A DNA stretch of 64,000 nucleotides from Eledone cirrhosa (taxonomy: Eukaryota): contig OZ024741.1 in assembly GCA_964016885.1 (NCBI GenBank), positions 168,330,001-168,394,000 on the forward strand, in the 5' to 3' direction. This document shows positions 51,186 to 64,000 of this stretch, piece by piece. Made by a program: the position numbers and the translations under genes. A model generated the notes under the pieces. It ran no database searches. It worked only from the letters and a program-made list of their open reading frames with translations, and had not been told where the DNA came from. The first letter of the stretch is position 1. Every line of letters begins with the position of its first letter.

Positions 51186-54100
51186 TTATCATCATCATCA
51201 CCACCGTTTTACGTCCGTTCTTCCACGCTAGCATGGGTTAGATGGGTTGTCCTGTTGTGGGCAGTGTCCAGTTGGCTGACCTTGTCTTGTCCATATGCAA
51301 ACTGATTCTGGCTTGATGTCTACAGCTGGATGCCCTTCCTAACACCAACCACATTTACAGTGAGTGCTGGGTGCTTTTTTCCATGGCACCTCCACGACCA
51401 CTTTACAGTGTGGGCTGGGTGCTTTTTTTCCGTGGCACCTCCACGACCACTTTGCAGTGGGAGGGTGTGGGGGCATATTGTCTATATGCTTCAGCTTCGG
51501 CTTATACCCGTGGGGTGTCGGGTCTTCTGTATTACTGTGTGACGCCAGAGGTCACGGTCATGTGTCATTGCCTTTGAGAGGTGTAATTGGGTAAGGTCGG
51601 CTTTTATCACCTCATCCCAGGTCTTCTTGGATCTCCCTACTCCGCAGTTTCCATCGACTTCTAGTGCTCTACACCTTTTTATGCAGCTGTCATCATTCAT
51701 ATGCATCACATGTCCATACCAACGCAACCGCCTCTCCTGCACACAGCATTTGATTCCTCTTATGCTCAGTCTCTCTCTTAATTCCTTTATGCTTTGCCGT
51801 TCGCATATATTACTATTACACATCCATCGGAGCATGCAGACTTCGTTTCTTTCTAATCTACGCAAGTCTTCCACATTCAGCGCCCAGGTCTGACTACCAT
51901 GTACAATTGCTGTTCGTATACACTCATCATACAGTCTGCCTTTTATTTTGAGGGAAAAGCCTTTTGCAGCTAGCAGTGGCAGTAGCTCCCTAAACTTCTT
52001 CCATCCTGTTCTTACCCTAGTTATTGTACTTTCTGAACACCCACCTCCGCTGCTAATTCGATCACCTAGGTAGCAGAAGCTGTCTACTGTTTCTACAGAG
52101 CCCTCCCAGAGTTTGGTGGTACTTATTTCCTGTGGCTTTTTGCTGCTTGCTGTCCCAGCACAGCTGCTACATGTGAAGCCTACATTCTCAGTTAAGCTTC
52201 CTGAGATCCCGCTACATCTCTTGTGTACACATTGTTTGCATTTGGGGCAGAGAATGGAGTTCCTACCTACACTTTTCCTACATACTGAGCAAGGCCATTT
52301 CCCTGCAGGGATCTGGGTTCTGTTTTCTTGTCTACTTACAAGGACCTTAGTCTTTGTCAGGTTGACTTTGAGACTCTTTCTTTCTAGTCTCTGCTTCCAA
52401 GTTTGGAATTTCTTCTCTAGTTCTACCATAGATTCAGCTATAAGTGCGAGGTCATCTGCATACAGGAGTTCCCATGGGCATCCGGTCTTAAACTCCTCCG
52501 TTATTGCCTGCAGGACTATGATGAACAGGAGAGGGCTAAGAACAGAGCCCTGGTGGACACCAACCTGTACGCTAAATTCCTCGCTATACTCATTGCTAAT
52601 CCTAACTTTGCTGACTGCTCCCCTATACATGGCTTGTACAGCTTTCACAAGCCATTCATCTACTCCTAGTTTTCTAAGAGCTCACCAGACTATAGCATGG
52701 GGAACTCTGTCAAAGGCTTTCTCGAGATCGATGAATGTCAGGTAGAGTGGCTTACTTTTAGCTAGGTACTTTTCCTGTAACTGCCTCACAAGGAAGAGGC
52801 ATCTGTACACAAACCCAAATTGCATCTCATCTAGTTTCACCTGGTCCCTAATCAACTGTGCTATAACTATTTCTGTTACTTTCATGACCTGGTCCATCAG
52901 CTTTAAACCTCTATAGTTTCCTCTATCTGGTGCATCACCTTTACCTTTGTAGCAGTTGACAATGATGCTACTGCACCAATCCTTTGGTATGACACCTAGT
53001 ATTACCTGGTTAACAATACATGTGGTTATGGTGTGACCTATCGAACCAGATGCCTTCAGCATCTCGGCAGCTATACCCGATGGACCGGTTGCCTTCCCCG
53101 TCTTCATATCTTTGATTACCTTACTTACTACACTGCTGCTGACTTGTACTGCTGGCCCCTCTATAGGGGTAGGGTCTCTTCTTCCCATGCATTCTCTCCT
53201 CATTTAGTAATCTATCATAATGGCTCTTCCACACATCTTTCTTCTCGGCACTTGTGAGGGCAAGCTCACCTTTACCATTCTGGATACACTTCTCTCCAAT
53301 GACATTACAATTCTCTCTGACACACTGCCTCGCAATCTTGAACACCTTCCTGTTTCTGGTCCTCACGTTGCAAAATATGCTTGAATTTTCTATCCTCTGC
53401 TTCCCTCCTAGCTAAGTATACTTGTCGCCTAGCTTCCCTCCTGGTCTCTATGTAATGTACCCTGCTTCCCCCATTCTTCCATTCTTTCCATGCCTGTCTC
53501 TTGACCTTAACTGCCTCATCTACTTTATTGTTCCACCACCAAGTCACTCTTCTCCTGCCTGTGATCTTACTCCAGCCACAGATCTCATCCGTCGCCTTTA
53601 GTAAGTTATTTTTTAGGAAATCCCAGTGCTCTTCTACATTGAATGTCTCTATCTGTTCTTCTTTACTGCCATAGGTGTTGAGTAAAATATCTTTAAATCT
53701 GTTACTGGCTGAGGGGTCTTTCAGCTTCCAGATCTTTCTTCTCCAGGTTGGCTTCTGTTTTCAGGTTCGTCTAGTTCTGAACGTGCGGTCGCTGACAAAT
53801 AAGCTATGTTGGGAGGTACATTCCTCACTAGGGAAGGCTTTTGTGTTTACAACCGTCCATCTATCACGTCCTCTGATGAGGATAAAATCTATCTGACTAG
53901 GATGCTCCCCTGATCTATAGGTGATCAGGTGGTTGTCGGGTGTTTTGAAGTTTGTGTTACATATCGACATGTCATTGGCGTCGTAGAATTCTAGAAGCCT
54001 GAATCCTTCTTCATTTCTTGTGCCAACCCCACCCATGGCCTCCATGGACTCTATAGAAGCCATCACGGTGTTTACCTACGTGTTCGTTAAAATCTCCTGC

Positions 54101-54520
54101 AATGATTAGGAAGTCATTGTCGTTTGTTAAAGCAGTAGTGTGCATTAGGGACTCGTAAAACCTATCCTTAAGTTCGTCTGGCAACCCCGATTGGGGTGCG
54201 TAAGCTGATATTATTGTGGTAATTGCTTTATTCAAGACTAGTCTGAGTTTAATGATTCTTGCATTCACCCTGTTCACTGAGATTACCTTATCTACCCACT
54301 TGTCAGCTAGTAGGATACCTAACCACCCATCCCATTGTCATTTCCCACCCAGAAAAATTTGTAGCACTGACTTTTTCCTCCAAGGACTCTAGCAGACTTT
54401 CCTCTCCATCTAGTCTCTTGCACACAGCATACATCAATTTCCTCTCGCTCTAGCATCTCTACGATTTCTCCTGCTCTTCCTTTCATTGTGCTTACATTGA
54501 TGGTACCAACTCAACTCAGA
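51186..54520 (-). mobile_element. Near full-length RTE-clade LINE (APE endonuclease + RT with PHD-like insert), frameshifted
   Basis: ISAYAPQ, AGDFN, SQIDFIL, SQH; FIDLEKAFDRVP, GVHQGSVLSPLLF, LLYADDL; split over at least 6 ORFs; (GAT)n tail. Confidence 0.95.
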
Positions 54521-55486
54521 GTTTTTGGCATTTGTCAACATTCGTGGGAAAGGGTCGATTGTTGTAGAGGTGTGTGTATGCTTCCTGTCGCTATATAAAA
54601 TTTGAAGTTGAAAATGGAAAGACAAAATACAAAGAAATATGGAGTATCTCCCATCCCCTCAATGTTTGTAAGTTCTTGAGAAGTCAAATGAAGAAAATAA
54701 GATCAAATAAATGAAACAAGATGCTTGAAAGTATAACATAGCACATGAAACTTCAGATCCTAGTGCCCAAAGCAGAGTAACAGAAGATTAAAAAGAAAAA
54801 AATGTGTTCCCACATCTACTACATTAACTCCCAGAGTGAATAATATAATTTGTATTAAGCCGTATTGGATGTATTGGATGTATGCCGTCACCTATTGCTT
54901 TGATTTCTTCTTTCCTAAACTGTGGATGCATTTATTGATTTTCACCCAATCAAATGCCAAGAAAAAGAAAATATTACTAACCATAATAAAACAACCACTT
55001 CACTTCCAGCCTAGAGAAATACTGTTGATATGTAAAGAAATGGAAACCGAAGGAACAAATAGACCAAATTTTGAAGAAAATAGGAGAGTTTGGAGGAAAA
55101 CAATATTGGCTGAACAAACACAAGAATACAATGAGACAGTGTTATGAATAAGGCAATATCAAATGAAAATTAACTATTCAGAATTAAAGTAAGGCAGATA
55201 GAAAAACAGAAGTAACTGAATCACTTAAATCAATAATTAACTGATCGAAAAAATAGCTTATAGCAATAAGTTAGGTAAATCCAAATATTTAACATGTGCA
55301 CAAGAAATATTTGTAAAGATTTTTAGCCATTTTATTAACCCATAACACCCTGTAATGATTTAGGAGCAAATATCCCAAAAACGGTTTGTTAATACAAATA
55401 GGCAGATCATTGTAAAATTTTGCTGCATTTGAATAAAAGTTTTGATATTTAATGTGATGTAGTCAATTATGCTTAAAATAAGTGTT

Positions 55487-55665
55487 TCTACTTTTGGCAC
55501 AAGGCCAGCAATTACCCAGTTCATTACTGGTACTTTATTTTATCGACCCTCCGTAAGGATGAAAGGCAAAGTTAACCTCGGCGGGATTTGAACTCAGACC
55601 ATAAAGGGCCATAAATCCTTGCTTCAAAGCATGGCATCCGACCCTCTACCGATACTGCTAATCTA
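55487..55665 (-). mobile_element. Second SINE family copy
   Basis: Reverse complement of 42653-42845. Confidence 0.8.
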
Positions 55666-55934
55666 CTGCTAATCTACTGCTAATCAGTGTTCCCATGCTT
55701 AAAATAATGTTACATATGCTTGGATGTTAATTAATTCAAAACAATTTGTGATGATTTGGCATAAAATATCCAAAATCATGGCTTGTTAATTCAAATGTAT
55801 GTATATGAGTATTTAGTTTTCACAACAATCTATCTACTTGTCAGTAGACAGATCATTGTGAAAATTTACAATATTAGAGTAAAGACTTTAATATTTAATA
55901 TGATGCATAGTTCTAGTTTCTACTTTTCAAAGAT

Positions 55935-56505
55935 TATTGTTGGTGTTATTGATGTTGTTATTATTGTTACTGTTAATTTTGTTGGTGGTGTTGTTGTTGT
56001 TGTTGTTGTTAGTGGTGGTAGGGGTGTTGCTGTTGTTGTTATTGTTGCCATTACTGCTGTTGCTGCTGTTGTTGTTGATATCACTATAGTTATTTTTTTT
56101 GTCTTCAAATTGCCTCTTCCATTGATTTCTGTGTTCTAGTGTTGTGTATGTGTGTATGTGTGTGTTAGTCTGTTTGTGTGTGTGTGTGTGTGTGTGTGCG
56201 CGTGTGTGTGTGTGTGTGCATTGACATATTCACTCTATTATTAATTATAAATAATTCTTTCATTGCAGTATGATTTATTCAAAAGTTAGGCATTCATTTC
56301 AATGTAACTCAATCTTTTGTTAATATATTTGCATTGTTTGTATTGTTGCTGCTGCTGTTGTTATTATGGTTGTTGTTGTTGTTGTTCTTTGTGTTGTTGC
56401 AGCTGCTGCTGCTGATGATAGTGGTGGCTATGTTGATGGTGGTGGTGTTGGGTGTTTTTGTTGTCGGTAGTGGTGGTGGTAGTGGTGTTGCTGGTAATGT
56501 TGTTT
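55935..56505. repeat. Degenerate (GTT/GCT/GGT)n and (GT)n low-complexity tracts
   Basis: Seen directly; the source of the spurious poly-V/L/T ORFs. Confidence 0.9.
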
Positions 56506-56959
56506 GGCAGATATTTCTCTATTTTTATGATAAATATGATTTTGTAATTAGTCTAAAGTTATTTGTATCAACTTATACAACAAACTCCTTACTGTTAGTG
56601 CCACAACCTCTGAACTCACGCTGCAGAGAGCTGGAACAAATACTACATGAGAGAGGAAGTGAGGAAGTGAAATAAAAGAATAATTAACCCTAGTACTGAA
56701 TTGGTTCTTTATTTATCAACTTTGAAAGGGTCAAATGCAAAATTGACTTCAGAGAGATTTGAACTCAGAGCACAGAGAGTCATAACAAATATCATAAAGC
56801 ATCTATCATCACCATCTTCAACATCATTTAACATCAATTTTCCCTGCTATCAAAGGCTGGACAGATCATCACAGATAAATTCAAATTTAATCAGAGATAC
56901 TGACTTCTCAGAGGGACCATAGGTCATATTTCAATTACATACATTACCACACTTTACAC

Positions 56960-57191
56960 CAGGCATGTCAAACTGAGGGTCCCCCAAGGGCCACATGGGT
57001 CAGCTGTGTTTTGTCTGAAGGCCACATACAATAACTATTTGCGCATATTACAACTAATTTTTTTAATTTTATATTACGAAGATAAAACATACTTGTGCTG
57101 TAAAAACATTTGTGTGGGCTGCAGGTGTGCTTGTAAAGGGCTGCATGTTTGTAAAGGTGTGCTTGTAAAGGTCGCATGTTTGACATGCCTG
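56960..57191. mobile_element. hAT MITE, second copy
   Basis: Same TIRs as 4052-4251; TSD CTTTACAC/CTTTACAG. Confidence 0.9.
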
Positions 57192-58197
57192 CTTTACAGA
57201 ATGTACTGGGCTCATTTTATCATGGTAACAGTACTAGACAGGTTGTCAAGTCTTTGACATAACTGATGAGTTGTCTTGACCTTTGTTTGACAAGTTTTCT
57301 GTGGTTGAATGTCCTTCCTATCACCAACCACTTTACAGAGTGCAATGGGTCCATTTCATCATGGCAGTATGAGTTCAAAGACAGCCTTTGAACTTCAGAT
57401 ACAACTCACTTTTGCCAGCTAAGTGAACTGGAGCAACAATAAATAAAGTGTCTTTCTCAAAGATACAACGACTGCCAGGAATCAAATTCAAAACCTTACA
57501 ATCATAAGCTATGTGGTTCAAACATAGCTTAGTAGTTAGGGTATTATTATATAATGACATGTTCAGATGCTAGTTTGATAGGAAATAAGTGCAATATGTT
57601 GTCAAGGATCGACCAACCATAATTAAGATCTTTAGCACACAGACTATGAAGAGATTCAACAACAGAAACATTTAACTACTTTATAGTTGTTTTCCACCAT
57701 TTCATTCTTTTCATTCTATTTTTTTTATTTTTTTGCCTCTTGCTTGTTTTTGTTTCTTATCTATAAGGGGTATTAGGCATCTTCCCTGTCTGTTATTGCT
57801 TTCCAGGTCTACAAGGATATATATAAGAGGTATTAGACACATCCCTTTGTTTGTCATGGCTTACCAGCTTTACACGTACAATTAAATTGATCAAATATAT
57901 AATTAAATGAATATATGACATGTTCATAGATCATACATATTTTTTTATATTTTGTTATTAACTTTCTGTCTATAATTTATATAATTGTTGCACATGTTTG
58001 CACAATATGCAGGGTTTGTTGTTAAACCTTGTTACACACTTTCTCATGTTTAATCTTTCATTTTTGCCCTTTCAGGCTTTTGAAGGATTTGTAGTATTTT
58101 TTGCAATACAGTGTCATTTTCCTGATGCTTGCTTATTTGTATGTAGGTCCCAAGTAAGTGCATGAAGATACAGGTGCATGTGTGTATATGAAATGTG

Positions 58198-58229
<32 letters not shown>

Positions 58230-58324
58230 GTCCATGTACACACATGTACCTGTATTTTCATATATATATATATATCAAATTATAAAATAAGAGGAAATAA
58301 TAGACACATATATATATATACATG

Positions 58325-58663
58325 CATCATCATCATCATCATCATTTCATTTTACGTCTGCTTTTTCCCTGCTTGCAAGGGTGGGACGGGAACTGATTCT
58401 GGCTTGATTTCTACAGCTGGATGCCCTTCCTAACACCAACCTCATTTACAGTGAGTGCTGGGTGCTTTTTTGCCATGGCACCTCCACGACCACTTTGCAG
58501 TGGAATGATATGGACCCCAGTCCCTATCATCTCATTTCTACAGCTGAGTAAACTGGAGCAATGTGAAATAAAGTGTCTTGCTCAAGGAAACAACACATCA
58601 CCCGGTCTGAGAATTGAATTCACAACCTTTCGATTGCAAGGCCAATGCTCTAACCACTAAGCC
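58325..58663 (-). mobile_element. tRNA-CORE SINE, near full length
   Basis: Reverse complement of the 9646-9975 family. Confidence 0.88.
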
Positions 58664-59241
58664 ATATATATATACATGTATATAGATGTGTGTGTATGCA
58701 TTGCATATGCATGAGAGTAACAGTGTCCCTGTGCCTATGCACACAAGCACACACACACACACACATATATATCATCATCATCATTATCATCACCAACGTT
58801 TTAATGTCCATTTTCCCTGCTAGCAAGGAATGGATGGGTGTACATAGACCAGTTCAGTATTGAAGCAGGGTTACAGACCTCCCAGACAGACCAGTGATCT
58901 GTGTCTCACTTACATATGGTCTCACATTCTACTGAATGCATAGGAGAGGCTGTCATGTCTTTGACACAACTTAAGGGCCCTTCCAACCCTTTGTTTGGCA
59001 AGCTTCTGCACTCATTCCAGGTCATACTGTTAGTGCCATGATAAAACACACCCAGTACATGCTGTAAAGAAGTTGGTGTTTCAAAAGGTATCCAGTCATA
59101 GAAACTATGTGATCATTTTATCAGCCTAAATTCAGAATGTGATAATCTAACCCATGCAAACATGGAAAATAGATGTAAAAGGGTGATGTAAAATACATGA
59201 TGGACCTCTGCGCCATAAAAAACTTGACTACTTCTTGCATT

Positions 59242-59680
59242 TTATATCTGTTCCTTCTTGGAATGAGATTTCAAATGGCGATTGAGGCCTGAAAGCCAGT
59301 GAAAGACCCATCCACAAATAATACAATGATGTCTCATTTCGTTGTTTCCACTTTGGGTTTTCTTATTGTGTATGTTTAGAGGTCGCTTCAGTCCACCACC
59401 TGATTTACAAATTTTCTGACATGGCATGGAACTGATTCTCTGCAACAAAGTTTGAATAGTCAAGTTGGATTTTACCATCATGTGGTCGTTGGTGTGACTT
59501 CAAGCCAACATTCGAAAGGCACACTTTAAGGGACACAGGGCATTTGTAAACCAATAGTGGATAAGATTCATCATTATTTCTGTTGGTCTCATTCTTCTTC
59601 ACCTTTTCAATTCTGCATGTTTTACCCTCACCATTTCAAATGCTTTAAGTTCATTCCAAATGGAATTTCTCCACTCATAC
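59242..59680 (-). pseudogene. LINE (RTE/BovB-like) C-terminal remnant with three C2H2 zinc fingers
   Basis: EWRNSIWNELKAFE..R..HAELKR, then CPV..KVCLSNVGLKSHQRPH, CQKICKSGGGLKR..NIH and CIICGWVFHWLSGLNRHLKSH. Confidence 0.65.
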
Positions 59681-60812
59681 ATCCATACATACATGATGGC
59701 AGCAACTCAATTTCGAGTAATGCCATCGCTTGATACTTGAGCATGAGTATCACGGACGCTGCATTTTAGTCCTGCTAGAGACTTGCCTATTGCCAGCAAC
59801 ACTATGCATATCAAATGATGCCTGCGTTTGAAGCTTTTTTAAGTGAGGAAAGGCTTTGCATGGGGCCAATCCCACTCTCTGAACATCAAATGCATTTAAT
59901 TAAAAAGAAGAACTGGTCTACATCATTGAATGCAAATGAAGTCAAATGTTTTATATACGATTGACTTTCTCCTAGAGCGATGCCTTACATACATATATAC
60001 ATACATACATACTTATATGCATACATGCATACATACACATTTACATACAAGCATGCATATGTGCATGTGCATGTGAGTGTAAGTGTGTGTATTTTTATTA
60101 GTATGTTTGTGTTTATAGCATACACATACATGCTTGTTTAAGAAAGTATAAAAGAGGGAGAAAAATTGATAAAGGGAATAGTGAACAATATCACACACCA
60201 TTTTGGTGCCATGACATGTATAAAACCAATTGGTCAGAAGAATGAATACATTGAATGTGAAAAAAAAAACGAAAACCTTTAGCACTTGAAATAAAAAATA
60301 AAAATAATGAATAAGATTAGAGAATGCTCTCGAGAGAATTATTTGGAGAACAGTTTCTACTTAGTTATTTCATTATTCAGCTTCTAGAGGAAAATTCAAG
60401 TCTCTCTCTATTTTTGCCAAAAGGAAAAGAAAAAACAAAAAAAAAATGAAAAACCATTATTCATTTCATGTAGGACTTTTCAAGATGGATTTCTATAAAA
60501 AAATTTTGAATACACTAATGTAGTACAAGATCTTCTCAGTGTAAGAATAGCATTAAAATAATCTGTAAAAGTGTAATCAAACTCCTTATACATTTTGTCT
60601 TCATTTTTAAGACATTGGCAAATTTTAATTATGGGCAAGATGTCTTGATTTGACACATATTAGTAGAGTACTATCACTGCTATTTTTCAAACTATATGTA
60701 TGATACATTTATATGTGTATATATAAGAAATAGAAATAACTGAGTCTGCATAGATGTGTATAGATATTTACACATCTTTAATACATAAATATGTAAACAT
60801 GCCAAATACATA

Positions 60813-61340
60813 TTTCTTCTACTTCTTCTTCTTCTTCACTCACTTATTCCTGAAACGGTCATGGGGGCAGAGTCCTCAAACACTCCCCTCATGTCAGAAG
60901 CAACCGTCTCCAACTGATCTGGCTAGATTCCCAAGCGTGACTAGCCAAGCTCATGGATGTTATCCAACCATCTTGCTTAGAGTCTACCCCTGGGACTCCT
61001 ACCTGTTAGTTTTGCTCATAAAATCTGTCCAGTAATTATTTCTTGAGACATTCTAACCACATGCTCATAGTATAGGAGCTGTGATCACTCAATTCAGAGA
61101 AGTAGTGGCTCTACCTGGAGTGACTCTCTGATCTCTAAGCTATGCACTTTATCAACTAATGTTACTCCAAAGACCCTTTGGAGGAATCCCATTTCGATCG
61201 CTTGTATTTGCAATCGTATTCTTTCACTCATTAACACAAGATTCATGACCTTAGGTAAGGGTTGGCACGAATACCTAATTGAAGATACCGAGTTTGGCTT
61301 TTATATATACATTAAACTGGTTTTCAAGCCTAATTGAACT
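60813..61340 (-). mobile_element. RTE (Expander-like) 3' fragment with a (GAA)n tail
   Basis: Minus strand reads VPTLT-GHE...IQAIEMGFLQRVFGVTLVDKV...IRESLQVEPLLL. Confidence 0.75.
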
Positions 61341-62848
61341 TTCATCAGTAAGCAAGTATATCATCAAAATAACTACAAAAAATCATAGCTGAGGAGCTTG
61401 TATGCCCCATCCTGAAATGGACATGCTAATTTACATATTATTGGTGCTCATATTGGTAGTTAATTAAGATATATATTAATTTTCAAGTCTAAACACAACT
61501 TATTTCCCTCAGAGAAGAGGAGAGGTCAGGAGAGAGAAAGAGAGGGGAGGGGTGGGTGGGTGAGAAAGCGATTTTGAGGAATCAATCCCAGTAATAGACT
61601 AGTGCTTTAACAAGCTTGAAAGGGTGAAAGACAAAGTTGATCTTAGCATGATTTGAACTCAGCCTCAAGTCTACATAGCTTAATATCAATTCTGCTATTG
61701 ACTGTCTTGAGAATAAAGTATGTTTTGGAGTTATTTGAACAACAGAATATCCTGCTCATGGAATTAGTATGTATGTGGCTCAGAATTCCACAGACACGTG
61801 TAACCAGGGAGATTTAGCATGATACAATATGTGAAAAGTTGGACCTTTCAATTACAAGTACAACTTGGTGCAACTCATTATTGCAAGCTGCGTGGGCTGG
61901 AACAAATTAAAATAAGTGTCTGGCTCAACGAGTTAACACACTGATGAGAATTCAACTCATGACCTTATGATCGTCAGATGAATTCCGTAACTAGGCCACA
62001 CATCTTCACTATATTAAATAAATTGAAGTTGAAATTTGCAGCTCACATCTCCGAGTTTTATCTGGCCCCTGATGAAGTTGCATCTAATAGGAGATTTTTA
62101 GATATTTCAATGAAAAGCAATGTGAAATAAAGCATTTTGCACAAGAAAACACCAGGCTGATGCATCCAGGAATCGAATCCATGCCATTATGATTCTTAGT
62201 CCAACTTCTTAATACCTTTAATACATAAAATATAAATAACAGCTATTAAAGCAACAAGGATATAAAGCACAACATTAAAAACAAAAACAAAAGCACAGTG
62301 AATGGTTTAGAAAAGTATAAATATATATAAATATATATATTTTACTTTCAATAAAGCAAGTTTCTTCAAATGTATAAAAAAAGGAAAAGAAGAATTTTTC
62401 TTCACTGAAATAAATGAGCTATTAATATAAGATGAATATAAACGTTGTAATTACAATGAATGTAGTTCTATAGATCTTACATAAAACATTCTGTTATAAA
62501 TAAATAAATATATACATTTGTTTATATATTTAGCTATGAATAAATACACACATCTCTCTATCTCTCATACTCTTTCTCTCTCTCTCTCTCTATATATATA
62601 TACACACACACATACATACATATATATATATATACATATATACATACACATATATATGTGTGTGTGTGTGTGTGTGTATGTATATATATGTATATATATA
62701 TATATCCATATATACATGGATATACATATTATATATACATATATATATATATGTGTTCATGTGTATGTATATATATATATATGTGCATGCTCACAGAAAT
62801 ATATTGTATTGTATTTGTGTAGGTGTATGTATGTATATGTTTTCAGTA

Positions 62849-62886
<38 letters not shown>

Positions 62887-63548
62887 TAAAATAACAGATT
62901 AAAGTTTAAGCAAAGAATCGCTGCTCTACGGTTCTTATATATTTGATATATATTTATTCTTATCGAGCCATCTATATATATTTAGATATTTAGATATTTA
63001 TATATATTTATATATTTATATCTTTAAAAATTAGAATATAAATGAAGGATTTAGAGGAACTGGGAAATAATTATAGAATTAATAGTTTCAACCAGCATTT
63101 ACAATACAATACAATACAATGCAATGCAATGCAATGCAGATGTATTAAATCTATTTAAGTGTTCTTGCATCAACTTTGTTCTACAGAATGACTCGGCGTA
63201 ATTTCACAATTGACGCTGATTTGGCTATGACATAAATCTTATCGTAGTTGCTGTCGACAGAAATTCTCTTTTCATTTCATTATATCTTTACATATATAAA
63301 TAAATATACATGCATTATTGTTATAGCTTCAAATAAACATTCACACATACACACACACACACAAAGCTATCAAGGTTATTTGATTTGAATTTTATTATAT
63401 ATATAAATACAGATATTGTCAATGACAATGACAACTCCAGGAGTAAGCATATTCAAAAGAATGCTGTTCATTTTTAATTTCTGTTAAATATATATGTATA
63501 TGTTAGCGTTGACAAATGGATGTTAAATGGTGATAATGATGATAATTA

Positions 63549-63733
63549 TTTCTACGTTTGGCACAAGGCCAGCAATTATCCCAGTGCATTACTGGTACTT
63601 TATTTTATCGACCCCGTAAGGATGAAAGGCAAAGTTAACCTCGGCGGGATTTGAACTCAGAATGGCAAAGGCCGTAACTCTATGCATCAAAGCATGGCGT
63701 CTGACCCTCTACCGATACTGCCAATCCACCGCC
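63549..63733 (-). mobile_element. Second SINE family, full-length copy
   Basis: Reverse complement reads GGGCGGTGGATTGGCAGTATCGGTAGAG...GAGTTCAAATCCCGCCGAGG...GTCGATAAAATAAAGTACCAG. Confidence 0.85.
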
Positions 63734-63760
63734 CTATGATAATGATGTTAATGATGATAA

Positions 63761-63800
<40 letters not shown>

Positions 63801-64000
63801 TCATCATCACCATTTAACAACCATTTTCTATGATTGCAGGAGTTAGATGGCTGACATGCGCTGATGCCAGAATTGTCAGATGACTAGGTCCTGCTTATAT
63901 ATATACACACATAACCACACACGCACACACATACACACACACACACACACGCACGCACACACAATTACACTTGCACACTCACACACACATATATATATTT

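Noticed and set aside
55783-56675. Hydrophobic membrane-protein-like ORFs
   Set aside because: Derived from (GTT/GCT)n low-complexity sequence.
62066-62115. CTGATGA followed by a distant GAAA (also CTGATGA at 57263 and 61941)
   Set aside because: No supporting stems; consistent with chance heptamers.

Overview
AT-rich, repeat-saturated eukaryotic genomic DNA. The (TA)n/(CA)n/(GAT)n microsatellites, RTE LINEs with (GAT)n tails and tRNA-CORE SINEs suggest an octopus (inference). No intact host gene is supported, and most ORFs in the track are microsatellite or antisense artefacts. Recognisable content: decayed RTE and CR1 LINEs, three or four Penelope-like element (PLE) RT/GIY-YIG remnants, two SINE families, two hAT-type MITEs, a solo LTR, an E2F/E-box/CCAAT motif cluster at about 40.9 kb, and a weak candidate terminal exon at 17.9 kb. 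The main signal is 13 type I hammerhead ribozyme (HHR) motifs in at least six unrelated sequence families, plus several decayed ones. Most have short or palindromic stem III and sit in non-coding foldback-plus-tail elements bounded by (TA)n. One element (37.8-40.2 kb) has two HHRs in ~560-bp direct repeats 1702 nt apart with no ORF on the ribozyme strand, a retrozyme-like non-autonomous PLE. All structures were read by eye and none has been tested computationally or experimentally.
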